From Minisyncoccota bacterium (GTDB lineage: Bacteria > Patescibacteriota > Minisyncoccia > Phycocordibacterales > UBA9973): a DNA stretch of 64,000 nt. The stretch's first letter is position 1. Every line of letters begins with the position of its first letter. The notes under the pieces were generated by a model, which saw nothing but the letters and a program-made list of their open reading frames with translations, was not told where the DNA came from and ran no database searches. This document shows, piece by piece, positions 18,673 through 27,424 of the stretch. Both the position numbers and the translations under genes were made by a program. Where the stretch lies: assembly GCA_039915165.1 (NCBI GenBank), contig JBDSNU010000017.1, positions 2,041-66,040 on the forward strand, given 5' to 3'.

Positions 18673-18684
18673 TTTTTTTGTTTT

Positions 18685-19251
18685 TTAAAGAATGTTGTTT
18701 TCAATACCATACACTTTCCTAAGTGCAGTCCGAGCGTCCTCGCCCAGGCGGTCTGCCACGATAAACCAAAACGGTATGCGGCTTTCCCATTGCTCTTCTC
18801 GCGATACGCGCTGGTCAACCTCTAGGGTGTCCAGCAGCATCATCCATTGCAGCTCAACGAACTGCTTGGGCGTGACAGGAAGATTTGTCAGAAGCTCCCT
18901 GTCTAATAAAAAATAGGGTGTGTTTTCCAACACGCTTCGGTCAAAGGACTGCTGCGACATGCGGCAATAGGCATATACTAAGGCTTCTGCCTCAGCGCCA
19001 ATCTTTTCCCGTACTTCGCCACGACGCTCAAGTGAAATTGAGAAGCCGTTGAAGTTTTCAGTGCCGTAAATTGAATGGAAGAGCCCAGCCACTATCGTTG
19101 AGAATGGGCGGTTATACCTTTCCAGATATTTTGCCAAGCCTTTCAGGTGAGGGAGAAACTTTCCGTTAGTGTGCTCGACGTCTGTGACGCCAAGCGTAAG
19201 CAGGTAGTCCGATAACGGACCGTTCAGAAGCGTTTTTTCTTGTGTTGTCAT
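18685..19251 (-). CDS. Hypothetical protein
   Basis: Start moved from the listed TTG at 19278 to the ATG at 19251 (MTTQEKT...). No confident domain. Confidence 0.4.
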   Translation of the reverse strand: MTTQEKTLLNGPLSDYLLTLGVTDVEHTNGKFLPHLKGLAKYLERYNRPFSTIVAGLFHSIYGTENFNGFSISLERRGEVREKIGAEAEALVYAYCRMSQQSFDRSVLENTPYFLLDRELLTNLPVTPKQFVELQWMMLLDTLEVDQRVSREEQWESRIPFWFIVADRLGEDARTALRKVYGIENNIL

Positions 19252-19297
19252 GAGGTTACATTTTTTAACATAATGCAATATATGTTAAAAAATGTCA

Positions 19298-19367
19298 ATG
19301 TTTTGTGACCCCACTGCGTGGCTTTCAGAACTCGTTAAGAACGGTGATTGCATAAAAAGCAGTATTA
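19298..19367 (+). repeat. Cassette-boundary repeat, copy D (right arm only, fused to a promoter fragment)
   Basis: ATGTCAATGTTTTGTGACCCCACTGCGTGGCTTTCAGAACTCGTTAAGAACGGTGATTGCATAAAAAGCAGTATTA. The preceding ATGTCAATGT is a half-copy of the operator-promoter. Confidence 0.6.
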
Positions 19368-19473
19368 TAGAGTTGAGAAACATCAAGGTGGTGTGAAGCT
19401 ATTGAACCTATACGCGTTACTTGACATTTTTCATATAGATGATATTGTAATTTCAAACTTAAAACAAATAAAT

Positions 19474-20037
19474 ATGAATTGGTACTCAATCTTTTACTGG
19501 TTGACCGTAGCGGACAGCGTAAAAAAATTCTTCGATACTACAAGCAATATCTTTACTTGGTTTGCAGTTCTATCATTCCTTGTAGTAGTTGCTACGACAA
19601 TCGGCAAGTCTTATCAGATTTCCGAAAATAGCATTAAAACTCCAGAGGAAGAAGCAACGGACGCTGACGTGAGAAGTTGGGATTTCCTTAAAAGGATATC
19701 TAGCAAATTCTTCTGGTGGATGTTGCCCCTTGCCCTTGTTACATGGCTTGGTTATGTAATGACTCCTACTAAAAAGGACTGTCTGCTGATTGTTGCCGGT
19801 GGTGCTGTTGGAAACTTTATGACCACTGACACTTCCGCAAGGAAACTGCCGTCTGATGTAACCAAGTTTCTGCACTTGAGCTTAAAAAATGAAATTGCGG
19901 GACTCAGCGACACGGCGAAGAAAGAACTCGGCATAACAACTCCGAAAGATGAGTTCTTAAAGAAGGCCGCTAAAATGTCCAAAGAGCAATTGCTGAAATA
20001 CTTACAAGCAGACACAACAGTTTTAAAGGATAACTAA
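19474..20037 (+). CDS. Membrane protein, hypothetical
   Basis: Two TM helices. Start moved to the ATG at 19474 because the listed upstream start lies inside repeat D. Confidence 0.45.
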   Translation: MNWYSIFYWLTVADSVKKFFDTTSNIFTWFAVLSFLVVVATTIGKSYQISENSIKTPEEEATDADVRSWDFLKRISSKFFWWMLPLALVTWLGYVMTPTKKDCLLIVAGGAVGNFMTTDTSARKLPSDVTKFLHLSLKNEIAGLSDTAKKELGITTPKDEFLKKAAKMSKEQLLKYLQADTTVLKDN

Positions 20038-20085
20038 CTCCTTATTATTACTATCCTAAACCGCACTTTACGAAAGGGCGGTTTT

Positions 20086-20218
20086 TTATTTGCAAAAATT
20101 CTGAAGACGCATTTGGGTATATAAAAATATCTTTACAGGATAGCGTTTAAAATCTGTGACCCCACTGCGTGGCTTTCAGAACTTATGAGGAGCAGTGATT
20201 ATATAAAAAGTAGTATTA
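20086..20218 (+). repeat. Cassette-boundary repeat, copy E (full length, carries both arms)
   Basis: TTTTTTATTTGCAAAAATTCTGAAGACGCA...TAAAAATATCTTTACAGGATAGCGTTTAAAATCTGTGACCCCACTGCGTGGCTTTCAGAACT...GTGATTATATAAAAAGTAGTATTA. Confidence 0.7.
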
Positions 20219-20246
20219 TTGAACTAGTACAGCTTGTGAAATAATT

Positions 20247-20275
20247 TTGACAAAAATCTATTTTTGAAATCTAAT
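20247..20275 (+). promoter_or_regulatory. Promoter TTGACA-17-TCTAAT for umuDC
   Basis: Canonical -35 with a plausible -10, 18 nt upstream of the SOS box. Confidence 0.4.
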
Positions 20276-20292
20276 ACAGCTTCTATTTACAA

Positions 20293-20308
20293 GTGAACGT
20301 TTGTTCAC
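20293..20308 (+). promoter_or_regulatory. SOS (LexA/DinR-type) box GTGAAC-N4-GTTCAC
   Basis: Perfect inverted repeat GTGAACgtttGTTCAC matching the GAAC-N4-GTTC Cheo-box consensus, placed between promoter and umuD. Confidence 0.5.
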
Positions 20309-20750
20309 TAAACTAACCTCTGTGAAAGTATCTATTTTAACGACCTTACCTCATTCCCACCATAAAGTTATCCCTATTGTATTAGCCAAGGTACAAGCGG
20401 GTTTTCCTTCACCTGCCGATGATTATATTGAATCTGCATTGAATATTAACGACCTTTTTCAAGTGGATGAATCAAGTACCTTCTTTGTTCGTGTTGAAGG
20501 AAGTTCAATGATAAATGCAGGAATCATGAATGGAGACATATTGTGTGTCCGTAGAGATTTAGAGCCAAAAGAAGGCAAGATTGTCATTGCTATTATCGAT
20601 AGCGAATTCACCGTTAAAAGATTTATGAAAAAAGGCAAGAGAGTAATATTCGAAGCAGCTAATGATGACTACCCATCAATTGAGCCCCAGGACGGTCAGA
20701 GCGTCGAGATATGGGGTGTTGTAACAGGGTTTGCCCGAACGTTTAAATAA
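20301..20750 (+). CDS. umuD: UmuD-like S24 peptidase (translesion synthesis accessory subunit); start uncertain
   Basis: QAGFPSPADDYIE, catalytic GSSM serine and FTVKRF lysine in UmuD/LexA-C-terminal spacing. No N-terminal HTH. The listed TTG start lies inside the SOS box. Confidence 0.7.
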   Translation: MFTKLTSVKVSILTTLPHSHHKVIPIVLAKVQAGFPSPADDYIESALNINDLFQVDESSTFFVRVEGSSMINAGIMNGDILCVRRDLEPKEGKIVIAIIDSEFTVKRFMKKGKRVIFEAANDDYPSIEPQDGQSVEIWGVVTGFARTFK

Positions 20751-20751
20751 T

Positions 20752-22098
20752 ATGTACAAGAAGCTCTACGCCCTCATAGACTGCTCCTCATTCTATTGCT
20801 CTTGTGAAAGGGCTTTTCGTGCTGACTTAAAAGGAAAGGCAATTTGCGTCCTTTCAAACAACGATGGCTGTATTATTTCTTTAACACCCGATACTAAAGC
20901 ACTAGGGTTTAAAATGGGCACACCGTACTATCAAATTAAAGATGATCTCGCCCAAAAAGGGGTTGCGGTCTTTTCATCTAACTATTGTCTCTACGCTGAT
21001 ATGAGCAAGCGTATTGTGAAGATAATACGATCGTTTAGTGATTTTGTTGAGCAATACTCAATTGATGAATCGTTTGTACAGTTTGAAGCAAATACAAATA
21101 ATATAGAACAAGAAAGAATACGGTTACATGCTCTGGCTGAAGAGATACATTTTACTATCCTAAAGAAAACGGGAGTGCCAGTAAGAGTTTCAATTGCTGA
21201 AACAAAAACATTGGCTAAGGTTGGTAGTGAGTATACAAAGTGCCTTATTAAGCAAGGTATTGTCCCAGCAGTGTGCTTTTGGGAACACCCAGACAAAGAT
21301 GGCTATATGAAAACACTTCCCGTAAATGATGTATGGGGCATAGGACGACAATGGAGTAAAAAGTTAGAAATGTCAGGAATTAAAACAGCAAAAGATTTAT
21401 CAATGGCTAATCCTGACTTACTGAAAAAGAATTACTCTATTGTTATGGAGCGCACAGCAAGAGAGCTTTCTGGATTCTCTTGCATATTGTTTGAACTAGT
21501 TGCTCCTGAACGTAAAAGCCTGGTACGAAGTCGCATGTTTTCTCATAAGATAACTGATGCCAAATACCTTAAACAGGCTATTTCGTTCCACCTAGCTCGA
21601 GCCAGTGAGAAACTACGGAGTGATAAACTTATGGCTACTGAACTATCAATATTTATGTCCACTGGTAGACACACCGAAATAACTAAATATAGTTATGCAC
21701 ATCAGACATTACTTCGTCCAACGAATGACATAATAATTCTGGCAGAAGTCGCAGACAAACTATTTAAAGAATGTTATGTGAAAAATGACAAATTTGGTAA
21801 TGAATATAAGTATTCAAAAGCAGGAGTATCACTTAGTGGATTTTCAAGTATTGATAAACAGAGTGAACCACTTTTTGATATTGGTATTACAGAAAGACCC
21901 GCGTTAATGAAAATACTTGATGGGCTTAATAGAAAGTTTGGAAAGCATACCGTAGTTCTCGCTTCTATGGGGGTCCCAAAAAAACTACAGAAAATAGAAG
22001 CAGCTAAAGACGATGCTATTGAATGGGGTATGAAGAGAGGGTTAATGAGTAAGCGGTTTACAACAGTTTGGGAAGAAATTTTACAAGTTAAAATATAA
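20752..22098 (+). CDS. umuC: UmuC-like Y-family DNA polymerase
   Basis: MYKKLYALIDCSSFYCSCERAFRADLKGKAICVLSNNDGCIISLTPDTKALGFKMGTP matches the UmuC N-terminus. The ATG at 20752 is 2 nt after the umuD stop. Confidence 0.8.
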   Translation: MYKKLYALIDCSSFYCSCERAFRADLKGKAICVLSNNDGCIISLTPDTKALGFKMGTPYYQIKDDLAQKGVAVFSSNYCLYADMSKRIVKIIRSFSDFVEQYSIDESFVQFEANTNNIEQERIRLHALAEEIHFTILKKTGVPVRVSIAETKTLAKVGSEYTKCLIKQGIVPAVCFWEHPDKDGYMKTLPVNDVWGIGRQWSKKLEMSGIKTAKDLSMANPDLLKKNYSIVMERTARELSGFSCILFELVAPERKSLVRSRMFSHKITDAKYLKQAISFHLARASEKLRSDKLMATELSIFMSTGRHTEITKYSYAHQTLLRPTNDIIILAEVADKLFKECYVKNDKFGNEYKYSKAGVSLSGFSSIDKQSEPLFDIGITERPALMKILDGLNRKFGKHTVVLASMGVPKKLQKIEAAKDDAIEWGMKRGLMSKRFTTVWEEILQVKI

Positions 22099-22318
22099 GT
22101 ACTAATTATTATCATTAGTATCCTGTAATTTAGAAAGCACCTTATTTAATTTGATAAATTGTTCTTGTAACTGGTTATTTAGGTATTCAATATTTAGATA
22201 TATTTTAGTGATTTCTTCATTCATATAGGCAAGAATAGCAAATAGGTGATAAAGAAAATATCAAGAAATAATAAACTAAATAAAGTTATTTAAGTTTTTC
22301 CTTATAAACCTTTTCATA

Positions 22319-22900
22319 CTAATTGCTCACCAGCAGCAGGTCGTACTGTGCCTGAAGAAGGTCAAAGGTGTTTCGGTACTTTACATAGTCAGCGACGCCG
22401 TTCGCCTTGTCTATCGCATACTGGGCGTTAAGGATGGCCATCTGCTTTTTTGTATTCTGCAGTTTCCACGCCGTCGTGGTTTCCAGCTCCTGCTGCGCTC
22501 TCGCTGCGGCATTGGCACGGTCTGCGGCGTCTTTCATTGCCTTCAGACTAGCCGCCTCGTCATCGCGCTGCTTTTGCGCTAAAGCTGCCTGACCAGCCAT
22601 TTCAGCGTTTACCCTGATTTGGTCTGACGTGAGCTGTGGCGTTGTCGGAACAGCTGGAGCTGCTGTTGCGGGAGCGACGACTTGCGGCTGAACAACCTTG
22701 GCGGATGTGGTTGTCTTTGCCTCGGTCTTTGCCGTAGGTACGATACTTTGAGCTGTTGGCGTTACGGTAGCTGTAGCAGGCTGTTGAGCCTGAACTTCTA
22801 CAGGAACAGGAACTTGGACAGCTACAGGTGCCGCAGGTGCGGTATGTATACCGATAGCAATCAATAGTGAGCTGAAGATTTTGTGGAATATATTAAACAT
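22319..22900 (-). CDS. Secreted Ala/Pro/Val-rich protein with C-terminal coiled coil, hypothetical
   Basis: Signal peptide, low-complexity APAAPVAVQVPVPVEVQAQQPATA region, then a heptad-rich C-terminus. GC-rich relative to flanks. Confidence 0.45.
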   Translation of the reverse strand: MFNIFHKIFSSLLIAIGIHTAPAAPVAVQVPVPVEVQAQQPATATVTPTAQSIVPTAKTEAKTTTSAKVVQPQVVAPATAAPAVPTTPQLTSDQIRVNAEMAGQAALAQKQRDDEAASLKAMKDAADRANAAARAQQELETTTAWKLQNTKKQMAILNAQYAIDKANGVADYVKYRNTFDLLQAQYDLLLVSN

Positions 22901-22915
22901 TTTATTTTAAATTAA

Positions 22916-23137
22916 CTAATAGCTTAAGTTGCGAATTGAGTCATCTAGACTTGAGAAAGAATCTTCTAATATATTTCTTGTTCTTATTGAATTACTGTCT
23001 GATATGTCAGTGTTTTGAAAAATAGACTCATTGATCGTGCCTAGTCTGGTGTATATCATGACCAAGAGCAATGTAATAAAAAGCTTAAACCAGTTTTCTT
23101 TTAGAAATTCTATAGTTGTATGTGTTTTTGTTTGCAT
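22916..23137 (-). CDS. Small membrane protein, hypothetical
   Basis: 73 aa with one TM helix (WFKLFITLLLVMIYT). Confidence 0.3.
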   Translation of the reverse strand: MQTKTHTTIEFLKENWFKLFITLLLVMIYTRLGTINESIFQNTDISDSNSIRTRNILEDSFSSLDDSIRNLSY

Positions 23138-23438
23138 GGATATTGAAGGGATAATGTTTATATTTGGTGATTGATGACCCCTATAATGGGATCAGTGGAC
23201 GCAAAAATCCCACCACAAGGGTGAGAGCTTTCGCCCTCCAATACTCGTTTCCAAGTACGGCCTCTTAAGCACTCCCGTATGGCGGGGTTTTTACTTAAGA
23301 GGACTTTTGCCATGCCGTTGATTGCTCAAGGGGTTAGGCCATATCTATTGATTTGTACCCCAAAACTATACATTGTAGAGATTGTATTTACAATGGCACA
23401 TAGGTATATAATGTTCACAACGTTCACAACACTCACGC

Positions 23439-24977
23439 GTGCAATATGATATGAAGCCTGTATACCATGACTATGACAATAAGACCTATGTAGAATACCT
23501 TGATGAGGCTATATCTATCTTGATAATGACGGGTGACCAGGAGACTATGGAGAAGCTGGCTTCAAAATTATCAGGCGTTCATTCTGAGATTTTTTGGAAA
23601 ATTATCGGGTACAAAACGCTTCAAAGGATAGCAAAAGCTGGACATGCCAAGGTTTATTCAGAAAACCAGTATGATTTTGAACGACTTCATGAGTTTCGTG
23701 AACTTAAGACGGAAACTGATAGCTTATATGAAGAATATCTGGCATTGATCGAACCCGCAATCTTCCTCGAGGCAATTGCCAATATTGCATATCAATTAGC
23801 TAGATTGGTGCTAAAAAAACAAGTTGTGATTCATATAGACTTTTTAAAAGCCTGGTTGGAATGGCACATGTATCTCACTAACAAAAATAAAAACAAACGG
23901 AAAGGTGAGAAAATAAAGGAAAAACTCAGGGCTATACTTGGCGACAAGATAGATGATTTTGAGAAAATCCAACAAGAATACAGCGATAATATGCAAAGGG
24001 TAAAAGAAGGCAGGGCTAATCTTTTTGTTAATATCGACAAAGAGGTTATGACTGATGACTGTCCTTCACATGAAAACCTTTTCCTACCCCGTAGGCTTGA
24101 TGCCTCTGATATTTTAGTTGTGGAGGAACATACCAAATGCGTTGAAATTGAAGGACAAATTTATTCCCTTCGAGACTATTATGAAATAATTGAAAATAAG
24201 ATTGACCAGTCATGGCTTCAAAGCACGGACTTGCTCAAGCGGATTATCATTGTCTACCTTATCAAGAAATGTCAGAATGGGGACGAAAAAGCGTTCAATA
24301 AACTCTTTAGTTTTTACGTTACCAAAGCTGAGCATTTAGCAGTATCGTTTATCCGTCATAAAGCTCAAGGCAGAAATAAACTAGCTTTTAGTGAGGGAGG
24401 AAATCTGTCTGAAAGTGCTGCAAAAAGTGCAATCTGGACAATAATGGAAAAGCTGCTCAGAGGTGACAACCCGACTAATATCTACAAATATTTAGATAAG
24501 AATAGGAACGGGAAAAAGGGGGTTGATTTTTTAAACAAAAGACCCTACGCAGCCTTAGAAGAGTCCTACGGACTGCTTTTTCAATTGGTTAATAATCAGT
24601 ACAACATGCTAGTCCAGTACCAGTCAGACCTTATCCAAAGCACTAAAGATCCGCTGCACAGGCATAAGACAGCAAAGAAATCATCGACCAGAAAGCAGTA
24701 CATGCAAAGTCTGTTTCGTATTAGCCAGCACTATCTTCGTCATGCCGAGTATTCGTCCACAATATTCACTATGTTCGATCCGCTTGCCCTGCTCAGTATC
24801 TCTACCCTGCATAATAAAAACCTTTTCAACCCGACTAATAAGGGAAACCTGACGATATGGCTGTTCGGGGTGAAGGGTGTTTTCCCTGGGAAACTTATGG
24901 AGGGCCTTAATGATTGGTTTAAGGCAAATACCAAAACAAAGAATGGTAAAAGAATTGTCCCCGAAGATGATTACTGA
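23439..24977 (+). CDS. Hypothetical protein; weak sigma-70 region-2-like segment
   Basis: 512 aa. LLKRIIIVYLIKKCQNGDEKAFNKLFSFYVTKAEHLAVSFI resembles sigma-70 region 2 (GD..AF..L...Y). Otherwise unassigned. Confidence 0.4.
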   Translation: MQYDMKPVYHDYDNKTYVEYLDEAISILIMTGDQETMEKLASKLSGVHSEIFWKIIGYKTLQRIAKAGHAKVYSENQYDFERLHEFRELKTETDSLYEEYLALIEPAIFLEAIANIAYQLARLVLKKQVVIHIDFLKAWLEWHMYLTNKNKNKRKGEKIKEKLRAILGDKIDDFEKIQQEYSDNMQRVKEGRANLFVNIDKEVMTDDCPSHENLFLPRRLDASDILVVEEHTKCVEIEGQIYSLRDYYEIIENKIDQSWLQSTDLLKRIIIVYLIKKCQNGDEKAFNKLFSFYVTKAEHLAVSFIRHKAQGRNKLAFSEGGNLSESAAKSAIWTIMEKLLRGDNPTNIYKYLDKNRNGKKGVDFLNKRPYAALEESYGLLFQLVNNQYNMLVQYQSDLIQSTKDPLHRHKTAKKSSTRKQYMQSLFRISQHYLRHAEYSSTIFTMFDPLALLSISTLHNKNLFNPTNKGNLTIWLFGVKGVFPGKLMEGLNDWFKANTKTKNGKRIVPEDDY

Positions 24978-25160
24978 GCCGCTTTATTTTCAGAAGAAGA
25001 CTTTGATGACAACATTCACAGGGACAAACTAGTATAAAAGTGCGAAAAAACGATCTGAAATAAACCCTTATTTTAAGCCATTTTGTGGCTCTTTTTTTTA
25101 TTTTCCATATATAGAGCATACCTGAACGTTTTTCAGGCTTTAGTAACAAATAATAATAAA

Positions 25161-25427
25161 ATGAGAACCACCACACACTTACCCAATGACGAATACGAAG
25201 AGCTTTTCGACATTAACCTCGTTGCTGCTTGCGTACTCGACGACATACCAATCGAAGCCTATAACAGAGATCCTAAAAATGCACCGCGTGTAGGTTTTTT
25301 ACTTAGAAAAAGCAATAAATTGAAAAACCTTATAAACCTCTACCTTTCAGGATTGCTGACTGTGGAGCCAAAACAGTTTGCTGCAGAAATTAGAAACCTG
25401 AAAGCCCGAACTAAAATTCCTTATTAA
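25161..25427 (+). CDS. Small hypothetical protein (88 aa)
   Basis: ATG at 25161 (MRTTTHLPNDEYEELFDIN...). The listed start at 25083 extends upstream without support. Confidence 0.35.
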   Translation: MRTTTHLPNDEYEELFDINLVAACVLDDIPIEAYNRDPKNAPRVGFLLRKSNKLKNLINLYLSGLLTVEPKQFAAEIRNLKARTKIPY

Positions 25428-25447
25428 ATAACAAACACTTAAATGAT

Positions 25448-26812
25448 ATGAAAAATGAACAAAAAGAAATTCTTAAAACAACAGTAGTTACGCCTGACAC
25501 CCTATATGAGATGGTTTATGACGACATTGGTGAAACCACATCCTTTATAAAGCAATCCAAAGACGGCGATTTCGAGGCGGGAGTAGAAAAGGTTGAGATA
25601 AACGGTATGACATACACTCCTCTGCCGCCTGACTATATTCTTTTGAAGAAAAAGGTCATCTTATTCCCATCAAAAGTTTCTCCATATGTAAGCGAGGAGC
25701 AGCTTCTTGAAGAGGTTAGGTGCTTTATACACAAATACTTAGACATCTCCGAAGTGTTTGAGCAAATTGCTACTTATTACGTCTTGTTCTCATGGATGTA
25801 TGACCGTTTCAACGAAGTGCCTTACCTAAGAGCACTCGGCGACTTTGGCAGCGGCAAATCACGTTTTCTTCAGACTATTGGAATCATTTGTTATAAGCCC
25901 GTATTCACAGGCGGAGCAACTACTCCGAGTCCGATATTTCGAATTATCGACGAGGTTAAGGGGACGCTTATCATAGACGAAGCCGACTTCAAGTTCTCGG
26001 ATATGAGCTCTGAAATCGTGAAGATTCTGAACACTGGATACCAGAAGGGCATGCCAGTGCTTCGCTCCGAGGGCAAGGGCACTTTCGAGGTAAAGGCATA
26101 CGATGTCTTCTGTCCCAAGATCATTGCTACCCGCGAGACATTCACCGACAAGGCCCTTGAGAGCCGTTTTCTGATAGAGGAAATGGGCACGAGCAAGCTT
26201 CGCAACGACATACCCCGAACGCTCGATGAGAGCTTCTACAGCGACGCTGAGGGCATCAGGAACAAGCTCCTCATGTGGAGACTGGATAACTATTTCGAAC
26301 CAATCGAGAGGTGCAACGACATCATCGAGGGTATCCACCCACGTCTCAACCAGATCGTCATGCCCCTGCTCTCAATCATAAAAAGCGAGGCAATCCGCGA
26401 GCGACTCAAGACCTTTATCATCCAGTACAACACCGACCTGACTGCCGACCGAGGACTGTCATGGGAAAGCGACATTGTCTTTGCCATCCTGAAGCTCGAG
26501 CACGAGACAGGCAGCATGGAGATAACGGTGAAGCAGATAACGGAGGAGGTAAACAAGGAAAGCGACATTGGCGAAGACACGCTTCAGCCCCGAAAGGTGG
26601 GATGGTATCTGCGCGCACGCCTGCAGCTCAAGCCGTACAAGACACGCAAGGGATTCGTGCTCTCATTCAAGGAAAACCGAAAACGATTGGACATGTGGAA
26701 AGAGCGGTTTGCCATCTCTGACGCGGACATTCGCGGCGAACATGTGAACGATGTGAAGGTCGTAGAGAGCAGTGAATTTGTCATGCCAACAGCGCAGGAG
26801 CTGGGGTTTTAG
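25448..26812 (+). CDS. P-loop NTPase of the phage/plasmid primase-helicase (SF3/D5/VirE-like) type, putative replication protein
   Basis: Walker A GDFGSGKS, Walker B LIIDEADF, ATRE sensor-like segment. About 50% GC block. Confidence 0.5.
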   Translation: MKNEQKEILKTTVVTPDTLYEMVYDDIGETTSFIKQSKDGDFEAGVEKVEINGMTYTPLPPDYILLKKKVILFPSKVSPYVSEEQLLEEVRCFIHKYLDISEVFEQIATYYVLFSWMYDRFNEVPYLRALGDFGSGKSRFLQTIGIICYKPVFTGGATTPSPIFRIIDEVKGTLIIDEADFKFSDMSSEIVKILNTGYQKGMPVLRSEGKGTFEVKAYDVFCPKIIATRETFTDKALESRFLIEEMGTSKLRNDIPRTLDESFYSDAEGIRNKLLMWRLDNYFEPIERCNDIIEGIHPRLNQIVMPLLSIIKSEAIRERLKTFIIQYNTDLTADRGLSWESDIVFAILKLEHETGSMEITVKQITEEVNKESDIGEDTLQPRKVGWYLRARLQLKPYKTRKGFVLSFKENRKRLDMWKERFAISDADIRGEHVNDVKVVESSEFVMPTAQELGF

Positions 26813-26815
26813 GCT

Positions 26816-27424
26816 ATGAAAAAGAAAAAGGAACTGACCAGATACGATCCCGAAAAAACAAAGAAAATGGTGCTGCAACATACGCGCCTTACGGGGGACA
26901 AGGATGAATTGCTGGAGCTGCTCGGGCAGAAACTTTTGCCTATCCTTGCCGACGGCACGCCAGAGGAAAAAGCGACTGCCATGAAGGAGATACAGGACAA
27001 GGCGATGGAGCTGATGCGGATTTTCGAGGGCGTAACGCATTTAGGCCTCATGGAAACCTTCACGGAAAAGTACCGCATGTTCGCCCGAGAAATGGCCAAG
27101 ACCATGATCGTGGAGCTCAACTGCAGCAACGAGGCCGAGCGTGCGCTCGCAGAGCTGGCGGTAAACGCCTACGTCAGGGTTATCGACAACTCGAGACGGC
27201 TCAACAACGAGTACGAATCTCGCGAAATAACCCCGAACAGGAACGTATATATTGCAAACCTGAGCAAGCAGATCGACAGAGCGAACCGCCAGTACCTGTC
27301 GGCCATCATGACGCTCAGGCAGCTGAAATCACCTACGGTCGAAATGACCATCAAAGCCAACACTGCGTTTGTGTCCCACAACCAGCAGGTAAACGTCCAG
27401 AAAGATGAAAGCATTACCCCTTAA
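26816..27424 (+). CDS. Hypothetical protein (202 aa), GC-rich block
   Basis: ORF contiguous with and the same composition as the NTPase gene. No domain recognised. Confidence 0.45.
   Translation: MKKKKELTRYDPEKTKKMVLQHTRLTGDKDELLELLGQKLLPILADGTPEEKATAMKEIQDKAMELMRIFEGVTHLGLMETFTEKYRMFAREMAKTMIVELNCSNEAERALAELAVNAYVRVIDNSRRLNNEYESREITPNRNVYIANLSKQIDRANRQYLSAIMTLRQLKSPTVEMTIKANTAFVSHNQQVNVQKDESITP

Noticed and set aside
15034-20218. Could the five repeats be a CRISPR array?
   Set aside because: Spacing is 1.3-2.7 kb, with complete protein-coding genes, promoters and terminators between copies. The repeats are 80-145 bp, not 24-48 bp, and differ in their left arms. No cas genes were seen.
26311-26721. 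ORF 26311..26721 (+) and the other alternative-frame ORFs at 25859-27130
   Set aside because: They lie inside the GC-rich NTPase gene and its neighbours in other frames. Arg/Pro/His-rich translations are typical of GC-driven spurious ORFs.
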